Source: an uncultured Prevotellaceae bacterium (GTDB lineage: Bacteria > Bacteroidota > Bacteroidia > Bacteroidales > Bacteroidaceae). From it: 64,000 nt of DNA. The notes beneath the pieces are model-generated. The model saw only the letters and a list, made by a program, of their open reading frames with translations. It was not told the origin of the DNA and did not search any database. A program made the translations under genes and the position numbers. Position 1 is the first letter of the stretch. Each line of letters starts with the position of its first letter. Of the stretch, positions 27,329 to 33,894 are shown in pieces. The DNA is taken from positions 5,232 through 69,231 of the forward strand of contig ONSH01000007.1 in assembly GCA_900320435.1 (NCBI GenBank). Direction: 5' to 3'.

Positions 27329-27416
27329 ACGGACATTTTTACGGATGTCCCTAATGTCCGCAATGTCCGTTGAACGGACATAACGGACACAACGGACAAG
27401 CGTTAATTGTGTCCGT
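27329..27416. repeat. Palindromic array of GTCCGT/ACGGAC motifs with 9-bp phasing
   Basis: aatgtccg at 27353 and 27362; acggaca at 27374, 27383 and 27392. The central perfect palindrome atgtccgt-tga-acggacat spans 27363-27381. Outlying copies at 27329, 27341, 27411 and 27933. Confidence 0.85.
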
Positions 27417-27713
27417 TCTCTTACAAAAAAGCGATTAGACAAACGAAACTATTCATCTGCAGTTTCGCAGGCGCTGTGCAGGCGCTGCGCAGGGGAACAG
27501 GTCTGAGCCGAATTTTCCGGAAGACTGTGACGAACGCTTTTGTGGGTGAACGATGCTCAAAATGCTGTTTCGCGCATGCTTTTCAGGCCTAAAACGGCCC
27601 TTTATTGAGACTAATTGTCCTGCATTTGAGGGTAAAAGCGATGAATAGCGCTTTTGCAGCAACAACGTATCTTGCTGTGTTTTTGGATTTTAGAGGAGAT
27701 ATCGATGGCTTGT

Positions 27714-27863
27714 TGTGACAGTAGACAGTTGTGACAGTTATTTTTCAAGCACCCTTATTTTCCTTATATTTATATATATATTATTATATATTAATTAGTT
27801 ATAATATATAAGAAGAGAGTTCCCACCCTCAAATTTTAACTGTCACAACTGTCTACTGTCACA
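27714..27863. repeat. Perfect 27-bp inverted repeat flanking a 96-bp extremely AT-rich core (inverton-, MITE- or origin-like)
   Basis: Left arm tgtgacagtagacagttgtgacagtta (27714-27740) is the exact reverse complement of the right arm (27837-27863). Each arm contains TGTGACAGT twice. Confidence 0.9.
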
Positions 27864-27971
27864 GAATGTTGTGTTACGTCTCTCTTCAAAGCCCTCTCTT
27901 CCCTCTTCCTTCTTACATCTTACCTCATTTGTGTCCGTTCGTTGTTGCAAAAAGGCCGTCAAAAAACCTAA

Positions 27972-28059
27972 GTTAACTCAAACGATCGATTGGGTTAACT
28001 CAAACGATGAATCGAGTTAACTCACACGATTTTGGGAGTTAATTCGATTTTTCCGGATA
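27972..28059. repeat. Four iteron-like direct repeats with exact 22-bp phasing (core GTTAACTCAAACGAT)
   Basis: Copies start at 27972, 27994, 28016 and 28038. The first two cores are identical, the third has one mismatch, and the fourth is degenerate. Confidence 0.85.
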
Positions 28060-28237
28060 ACTATAAAAAAAGTTTTGTATAACTATGCAGTAAAATCTGG
28101 AAGGACCAAAAGAAAAGCGCCCGCAGGAAAGTCTACGGTGCGAAAGTTTTTGTGCGATTGACAACTCAAAGCAAACATTTTTTATATAAAAACGCAATCC
28201 TGTTCTGCCAAAAGTTGTGATAATTGAAGATTTTGAG

Positions 28238-28245
28238 TATCTTTG
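28238..28245 (+). promoter_or_regulatory. -7 box TATCTTTG, candidate promoter of the leader RNA and orphan cassette
   Basis: Exact TAnnTTTG. GTTG lies 20 nt upstream as a partial -33 element. Confidence 0.5.
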
Positions 28246-28330
28246 CCACATGAAAACCAAATTTGTATAGAATGACTTAGAAGTTTAACTGACATATCAT
28301 CAGAAGAAGTGTTTTACTTCTTGTATGTGA

Positions 28331-28451
28331 CATTCGGAAAATCGCCAACTAGAAGAATGTGTCCCAACAGCAAGTTAGTGAAATGCTTGTACCTTATGGT
28401 GCAAGCTTTCCTTATTTGTGGGACTTAGGTGTTTGGCGATACCTCCGGATG
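28331..28451 (+). ncRNA. Nested-helix structured leader element (riboswitch-like or sRNA), unassigned
   Basis: P0: cattcgga (28331-38) pairs with tccggatg (28444-51). P1: atcgccaa (28341-48) pairs with ttggcgat (28433-40). P2: gtccca (28361-66) pairs with tgggac (28419-24). P3: 9-bp hairpin gcttgtacc/ggtgcaagc (28385-28406). Confidence 0.45.
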
Positions 28452-28486
28452 TGCAAATATAGGATTGTTTGCACCTTTTCTTTTTA
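28451..28486 (+). terminator. Intrinsic terminator 23 nt upstream of the first cassette gene
   Basis: gtgcaaa (28451-57) pairs with tttgcac (28468-74), followed by cttttcttttt. Confidence 0.6.
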
Positions 28487-28508
28487 TGTGTCGAAACATA
28501 AATATTAG

Positions 28509-28760
28509 ATGGGAACCGTTGGTATTATTGCCGTAGGCATTATGTGTTCAATCATGGTAATTTTCCAGATTACCATAAACAATTGGGACAAGGAAAAAGA
28601 ACAGAGAAAAAGTATACAACATAGTGAGGAAGAAAATACTATTGCAAAGATCCTCCTCTACCTCTTTGTTATCGCGTTTATTGTATTTAACCTTGTTTTA
28701 ATGAAAGATTGCTCCAACGAAAGTGATATTCCATTTGAAGAAACGATAAGACATAATTAA
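28509..28760 (+). CDS. Hypothetical small two-TM protein (AT-rich orphan cassette, gene 1)
   Basis: 83 aa with two hydrophobic helices separated by a charged loop (DKEKEQRKSIQHSEEEN). No motif recognised. Confidence 0.55.
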   Translation: MGTVGIIAVGIMCSIMVIFQITINNWDKEKEQRKSIQHSEEENTIAKILLYLFVIAFIVFNLVLMKDCSNESDIPFEETIRHN

Positions 28761-28774
28761 ATATTGAATGTGCA

Positions 28775-29959
28775 ATGAAAAAGATAGGTGTAATATTGTT
28801 GGTTTTTTCCGCATTGAACCTACTTGCGGCTATTATTGCTTCTTTTAATGGTGCAACCGATGCGGCCGGAAGCAAGTTTTCGAGTTGTCTTTTATTAGGT
28901 GCGATTGGCGGGCTTTTATATTATTTTGGCAATAAGAAAGAGACGTCTAATCAAGAAAGCACAAATAAATATTCTAGTCAAAGATATTCGACTACCCAAG
29001 AGAGTTTTTGGCAGAGATATAAACGGCTAAACCCAACAAAAGCGAGCGCGATAGAAGCAATTACAGAAAAAAATATGTCGTTGCTGAGTGAGAAAGATGT
29101 ACAGGAATTAGTTTCATCTATAGAAAGATGGGCCACTAACATAGGCTGTGATATACAAGACATAAAGACTGAGTTCCTACAAAGTTTTAAATCTACATTT
29201 GGTGATGATGACACGAAAGAAATCCTAGAACGCTTGAAGAATAACAAACTAAAAGAGGAAGCCGATCGCTTCAATATTTCAACAGAGAACACCTGTACGC
29301 ATTTTATGATTAAATGGCTCACAGAAAGTTTACAAAACGAATCTGCCAAATCAGCTAGTGGTATAAAATATCGCAACAAGATGTCTGCAAGGGATTTCAT
29401 TATACGCGAAAATGAATCATTGAAATTTATAAAAAACCCTGACACTGGAAAAATTTTCTTTGTCTGTGGTAGCAAAAAAGGTTATGTTAGTCCCGCTGCC
29501 GTAAAGAAGATAGACACAGGTTCGGTTGACGACTTCTATTATGCAGAGGTGAGTATTGATAATAGTAATTATGTGCCGTGTCTCATGTTAGTAAATAAGC
29601 CAGATGTTGTACGATCTTTTGATGTAGAAACAGACCACACTACCAGTAGCGGAGCAGATAATAATTTTACGGGTGAGGAAATATTAAAAAAGGAGTTGGA
29701 AATTCGAAATCGGCTATGTGCTCTGATGAAAACATTCATTCAAAACGAGTATGGAGAACTCAAATATTTCCATGAGCTAGATGATTTAACCATTCCTATA
29801 GCAAACGCAAAAACGTGTTATGACACTAACGAAAGCATGATAAATATTTGCAAACAATATGGGCTAGATTATTCTGACATTTTAGATAAAGCCGCGTCCT
29901 TAATTGTTGAGGAATACATCTCGCTTAAAAGTAAATCTGAGGACAGTTTACCATTTTAA
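28775..29959 (+). CDS. Hypothetical protein with N-terminal two-TM anchor (orphan cassette, gene 2)
   Basis: 394 aa with two N-terminal helices and then a soluble region of about 320 aa. It starts 14 nt after gene 1. No motif recognised. Confidence 0.65.
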   Translation: MKKIGVILLVFSALNLLAAIIASFNGATDAAGSKFSSCLLLGAIGGLLYYFGNKKETSNQESTNKYSSQRYSTTQESFWQRYKRLNPTKASAIEAITEKNMSLLSEKDVQELVSSIERWATNIGCDIQDIKTEFLQSFKSTFGDDDTKEILERLKNNKLKEEADRFNISTENTCTHFMIKWLTESLQNESAKSASGIKYRNKMSARDFIIRENESLKFIKNPDTGKIFFVCGSKKGYVSPAAVKKIDTGSVDDFYYAEVSIDNSNYVPCLMLVNKPDVVRSFDVETDHTTSSGADNNFTGEEILKKELEIRNRLCALMKTFIQNEYGELKYFHELDDLTIPIANAKTCYDTNESMINICKQYGLDYSDILDKAASLIVEEYISLKSKSEDSLPF

Positions 29960-30056
29960 CAATCCAAATTATCACTACATTAAATCGGATTCTTTTTACT
30001 ACTCCACACTTAATCAAAGCAAATGACGGCATAATTTCAAAAAAAACTCTTAAGAT

Positions 30057-30878
30057 ATGAACCAAGAATTTGCCAATATCTACGAGAACTTAAATCTAAC
30101 GATTGGTCAGAATATTGACTATGAAGGATATGCAGATAATTTATGTATTGAAGATGCCTCGTTTATTATGGACATCTTTAATCATCTAGAACTTGAACAG
30201 GGCTACGTATTGGGGCTTTATCCACATGGATACAGTTTAGGGACAATAGAAAGCAACTACCGGAACTTCTACACAATGCCTTACGTCCATAAGGAGAATG
30301 CCACAAAATATTTCTCTCCAAAGCTGAAATCGTCATTTTTCTCAATAGTTAAACGATGGTTATCATTCAACCTTTTTCAGGGCAAAACTGAGTATTATTC
30401 CTCTGAGGAGTTCTCACCTGACATGTTAATTTCGAAACTCTTAACTGATGTATTGGCAAAGAGTGTACCTTCTCCTTTAGAGTACGTTAAATTAAGTCAC
30501 GAAGAAGAAGCCATCTGGGAAGTCTTCTTATTGGACAAATTGAAACACTTTCTCCCAACTTTTAATCACGGGAATTATATCCGCCGTAATTTGATCTGTG
30601 ATCCTTCCGACATAGACCGATTGCCGGACTATGTTAAGGATTATATCACACATTGTTGCCGTACGCACGATGTCGAGAAAATATTCCCGAAAGTCGAGTT
30701 TTCTAACGATAACATCCTAGTTAAATGCTGCTATTTCAATCAGCAGAAAGGACTGATTATGTGGAAGAATTCTTATCGTTGGATAGATATGGAAGGAGGA
30801 ACGGGGAACGTTGAAAGTTGTTCTTCTTCGGATTGTGAGGAAGTTCTTGTCCCGATAAAAGAAACAGTAAGATATTAA
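30057..30878 (+). CDS. Hypothetical soluble protein (orphan cassette, gene 3)
   Basis: 273 aa with a Cys/His-rich C-terminal third (HCCRTHD, KCCYFNQQ, CSSSDCEE). No motif recognised. Confidence 0.65.
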   Translation: MNQEFANIYENLNLTIGQNIDYEGYADNLCIEDASFIMDIFNHLELEQGYVLGLYPHGYSLGTIESNYRNFYTMPYVHKENATKYFSPKLKSSFFSIVKRWLSFNLFQGKTEYYSSEEFSPDMLISKLLTDVLAKSVPSPLEYVKLSHEEEAIWEVFLLDKLKHFLPTFNHGNYIRRNLICDPSDIDRLPDYVKDYITHCCRTHDVEKIFPKVEFSNDNILVKCCYFNQQKGLIMWKNSYRWIDMEGGTGNVESCSSSDCEEVLVPIKETVRY

Positions 30879-30904
30879 GAAGAACAGTGTCGTTCCTTCT
30901 TTCT
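30879..30904 (+). terminator. Hairpin plus T-rich tail immediately after cassette gene 3
   Basis: gaagaac-agtgtc-gttccttc (one bulge), followed by tttct. Confidence 0.45.
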
Positions 30905-30960
30905 ACCAATCAGAGTGTACATAAAACTTTACACCCAAACCCGCATTCACGGGCTCTGGT

Positions 30961-30990
30961 CGGTCTCTGCACGGTCTCTGCACGGTCTCT
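30961..30990. repeat. 11-mer tandem repeat cggtctctgca, about 2.7 units
   Basis: cggtctctgca cggtctctgca cggtctct, read directly. Confidence 0.85.
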
Positions 30991-31207
30991 AATCGAGGGC
31001 TCGCCGAACAAACCAGTATTGATTATCAGGCGATTGTCTTCTCGTCGCAAGGCGTGTTTCTTCGAGAATCCACTGCTGAAATTTTGACAAAAGCCTCTCC
31101 CGTCCCGACTGCCGACTCTCACTTCTCTCCTGTCGCTAATTTGACTTTCCCGTGGGCTAGGAAAAAAATCTCCCGTGGGAGCGCAAGATTTCCTTGCATC
31201 AACCTTT

Positions 31208-31723
31208 TCACGAAAGCTCCGTGTCTTTGGCCTCTCGAGCGAAGGCGAAGAGCGAGAGCGGCAGGTGGCAATAGCCGTCGGGGTTCTTGTCCAGGTAGTC
31301 CTGATGGTAGTCCTCCGCAGGATAGTAGTTGCGAAGAGGCTCCTTCTCCACCACAAGGGGCTCCGACCAGCGCTGCTGCTCCTCCTGCCAGACCTCCTCG
31401 ATGAGAGGCAGATCGGCGGGGTCGGTGAAGTAGATGCCCGTGCGGTAGCGCGTGCCCTCGTCGTGGCCCTGACGGTTGAGGCTCGTGGGGTCGATGGCCT
31501 TGAAGAACATGCGCAGGAGGAAGCGCAGGCTGACGCGCGAGGGGTCGTAGGCGACGCGCACCGTCTCGGCGAAACCCGTGGTGTCGGTGTAGACCTCCTT
31601 GTAGGTGGGATGCTCGGTGTGGCCGTTGGCGAAGCCCGTCTCGGTGTCGGTGACGCCCTCTATCTGCTTGAAGAAGTGCTCTGTGCCCCAGAAGCACCCC
31701 CCGGCGAAATAAATCTCTTTCAT
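31208..31723 (-). CDS. msrA: Peptide-methionine (S)-S-oxide reductase
   Basis: GGCFWG active-site motif. Start at ATG 31723 (MKEIYFAGGCFWG); the track ORF is extended to 31813. Confidence 0.9.
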   Translation of the reverse strand: MKEIYFAGGCFWGTEHFFKQIEGVTDTETGFANGHTEHPTYKEVYTDTTGFAETVRVAYDPSRVSLRFLLRMFFKAIDPTSLNRQGHDEGTRYRTGIYFTDPADLPLIEEVWQEEQQRWSEPLVVEKEPLRNYYPAEDYHQDYLDKNPDGYCHLPLSLFAFAREAKDTELS

Positions 31724-31746
31724 CGTAAATGATACTTTTTCAGCTG

Positions 31747-31754
31747 CAAAGATA
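31747..31754 (-). promoter_or_regulatory. -7 box TATCTTTG for msrA
   Basis: Reverse complement of caaagata, 24 nt upstream of ATG 31723. Confidence 0.45.
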
Positions 31755-31853
31755 CGAAAAAAAATTGGAAATTCATGTAACTTCGTTCCATAGACATTGC
31801 TTACGCTCGGCAAAACTCAAACAAGCTTGGTTTTGCGCTCGCTTAATCGCAAT

Positions 31854-31881
31854 GTTGAAAATTGACAATTGACAATTGTAA
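31854..31881. repeat. Heptamer tandem repeat, 4 units (gttgaaa attgaca attgaca attgtaa)
   Basis: Read directly from the sequence. Confidence 0.8.
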
Positions 31882-32015
31882 AATATCGTCGGGTGTATTT
31901 GAAAGAAAACAAAGAAAACCACGAAGCTGCGCCCCGTAGCCACCTCAATCACACATCTTTCATTTCTTATATGCAAAAAATGATGCAATAAGTTTGCAAG
32001 TTAAATAAAAAGTTG

Positions 32016-32023
32016 TATCTTTG
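32016..32023 (+). promoter_or_regulatory. -7 box TATCTTTG for the MNT-HEPN pair
   Basis: Exact TAnnTTTG 27 nt upstream of ATG 32050. Confidence 0.45.
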
Positions 32024-32049
32024 CGTCATAATATCGTGTTGGAGAGTGT

Positions 32050-32364
32050 ATGAAACGAACAGAAGTCGTTAAGCAAATCAGCCAAACAATACATCGCATT
32101 GCCCCGACGGCAACAGTGATATTATATGGCTCTGAGGCACGCGGTGACGCTCACGCAGACAGCGACATCGACCTGCTCATCCTTCTTGACGGCGACCGTC
32201 GCGACCTGAAGCACGAGGATGAGTTAGCAGGCGAACTCTATAACATAGAACTGGCCACAGGCATACTCGTCAGTCCGATGATTATGCTCCGCAAGCAATG
32301 GGAGAACAGACCGTTCAAGACCCCGTTCTATGTCAACGTAATGAATGAAGGAATCAGAATATGA
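32050..32364 (+). CDS. Minimal nucleotidyltransferase (MNT) antitoxin-type protein
   Basis: GSEARGDAHADSDIDLLIL (GSxxRG...DxD) nucleotidyltransferase motif; 104 aa. Confidence 0.85.
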   Translation: MKRTEVVKQISQTIHRIAPTATVILYGSEARGDAHADSDIDLLILLDGDRRDLKHEDELAGELYNIELATGILVSPMIMLRKQWENRPFKTPFYVNVMNEGIRI

Positions 32365-32762
32365 AGGAAGTCTTGGACGAACAAAGCCGCCAGTCGCTCA
32401 TCAAATACCGAATTGAAAGGGCAAACGAAACCATACAGGAGTCGAAGTTGCTGGCAAAGGAGGGCTATTACAACGCAGCTGTCAATCGTTTGTATTATGC
32501 CTGTTTTTATGCATCTCTCGCACTGCTCGCAGCGAATAATATGCCGACCTCCACACACGCCGGAGTGAAAACCATGCTGGGCCTTCACTTTGTGTCGAAA
32601 GGCGTGTTGTCCAATGAGCACGGAAAGACATTCAGCCGTTTGTTTGAGATACGTCACAGCGGAGATTATGACGACTTCGTATATTGCGATCAGGAAATGG
32701 TGGACGAATATACCCCAAAAGCCGTTTCGTTCATCGCTGCAGTAACGAAGCTGTTGAAATAA
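32361..32762 (+). CDS. HEPN-domain toxin-type protein
   Basis: 133 aa with an Rx4-6H motif (RLFEIRH). ATGA overlap with the MNT gene. Confidence 0.8.
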   Translation: MKEVLDEQSRQSLIKYRIERANETIQESKLLAKEGYYNAAVNRLYYACFYASLALLAANNMPTSTHAGVKTMLGLHFVSKGVLSNEHGKTFSRLFEIRHSGDYDDFVYCDQEMVDEYTPKAVSFIAAVTKLLK

Positions 32763-32906
32763 ATACATCACACCGCAGGTGTCCTAGGCTTGCGCCGTTC
32801 GCATAAAATTTTCGAGATGGGGCGCGGGCTCTCTTGAGAGCACGTGAAGAGCGATGGAGAAAGCGACCGTGGAAAGCTCGCTTTCATAAGGACGATAATC
32901 CATCGC

Positions 32907-33779
32907 TCATAAAGGAAGCAACAACTTCCGAGCCCCAGCTATTTTCTTGGAATGGCGTCCGGCAATGCCAGCAGAAAGGGGTTTTCTATGTTTTCTTATG
33001 TTTTCTTGGTTTTTCTTTAAGATCTGCAACCAAGGCATTCGTGAGATTTTGTACTGGTCGATGGAGAGCGACTCGGTGGCGTAGTCGGCCTTGGAGATGC
33101 GCGTGTAGCCCGTCACCTGACGCAGCAAGGTGCGATGCTCCGCAATCCAGCAGTCGGGGTCCTCAAAGACGACGTCGTACTTCTTGGTGGAGCTGCCCGC
33201 CGTGATGAAGGCGTAGCGCACATGCTCGTGGCGCAAGTCGCTGATACGCAGACGGATGACATCGGGATTGGACATGCGCAGGTCCATCCCCTGCCCCGCC
33301 GGCAGAAACCAGATGAGGCCGCGGTCGGTGTCGTTGATGAGGAGCTCCTCGTCGGAAGTGTTGTCGATCCACACGTTGATGGAGAGCACCTGGTCGGACT
33401 TCATGTTCTGCTCGTAGATCTCGGAGAGGTTGCCCGGCAGCGCGGCACTGCCCTTCTTGATCATGTTGCCCAGCTGCGTGAAGATGCCGCCGCCCGGCAC
33501 GCCCGACACGACGGAGGTGACGGTCATCACCAGTTGCGTGCGCTTACTGCGCTTGATGGCCTCCACCTTGTCCTCGTCGACCAGTTCGTGGTTGATGTGT
33601 ATGGTGAAAGAGGACGCCGTATCGCTCAGAGCCAGCTCCGTGAGGGGCGACTCCACGGAGACGGTGTCCGTGCCGTCGACGATGTGGATGTAGCCGCGAT
33701 AGGTGGGCAGATAGGTCGTCTCGGCAGAAGCCGCAAAACTCAGAAAAAGAGCACACAGGAGGGGCAAAAAACGCTTCAT
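32907..33779 (-). CDS. Hypothetical secreted protein
   Basis: Signal peptide MKRFLPLLCALFLSFAASA. No motif recognised. The C-terminal ~35 aa are encoded by a decamer repeat region. Confidence 0.6.
   Translation of the reverse strand: MKRFLPLLCALFLSFAASAETTYLPTYRGYIHIVDGTDTVSVESPLTELALSDTASSFTIHINHELVDEDKVEAIKRSKRTQLVMTVTSVVSGVPGGGIFTQLGNMIKKGSAALPGNLSEIYEQNMKSDQVLSINVWIDNTSDEELLINDTDRGLIWFLPAGQGMDLRMSNPDVIRLRISDLRHEHVRYAFITAGSSTKKYDVVFEDPDCWIAEHRTLLRQVTGYTRISKADYATESLSIDQYKISRMPWLQILKKNQENIRKHRKPLSAGIAGRHSKKIAGARKLLLPL
32981..33020. repeat. Decamer tandem repeat, 4 units (gttttctatg ttttcttatg ttttcttggt ttttctttaa)
   Basis: Read directly. It lies within the 3' end of the 32907-33779 ORF. 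Confidence 0.8.
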
Positions 33780-33807
33780 CGGTATCGGATTTTAAGGTTT
33801 TCGTCTG

Positions 33808-33815
33808 CAAAAATA
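33808..33815 (-). promoter_or_regulatory. -7 box TATTTTTG for the 32907-33779 gene
   Basis: Reverse complement of caaaaata, 29 nt upstream of ATG 33779. Confidence 0.4.
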
Positions 33816-33834
33816 CAAAAAATTAGTCTTAAAA

Positions 33835-33869
33835 CTCTAAACTCTAAACTCTAAACTCTAAACTTTAAA
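33835..33869. repeat. Heptamer tandem repeat ctctaaa, 5 units, in a divergent intergenic region
   Basis: ctctaaa x4, then ctttaaa. Confidence 0.9.
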
Positions 33870-33879
33870 CATTATTTTG

Positions 33880-33887
33880 TATATTTG
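33880..33887 (+). promoter_or_regulatory. -7 box TATATTTG directly upstream of the serine hydrolase ATG (near-leaderless)
   Basis: Exact TAnnTTTG ending 7 nt before ATG 33895. Confidence 0.35.
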
Positions 33888-33894
33888 CGCTGTT

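Noticed and set aside
28051-28064. DnaA-box-like sequence tccggataa near the iteron-like repeats
   Set aside because: Only 6 of 9 positions match TGTGGATAA and it is a single copy. That is not enough to support an oriC/oriV call.
27407-28260. Small ORFs in the 1.4 kb gap (27407-27592 plus strand, 27453-27665 minus strand, 28039-28260 minus strand)
   Set aside because: They are 61-73 aa, overlap each other or the repeat arrays, have no promoter or plausible start context, and show odd composition. Treated as non-coding.
28250-28270. 6-codon ORF (MKTKFV) right after the predicted cassette transcription start, as a leader peptide
   Set aside because: There is no regulatory-codon run and no obvious coupling to the terminator, so evidence is insufficient. 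It is kept as a note within the leader finding.
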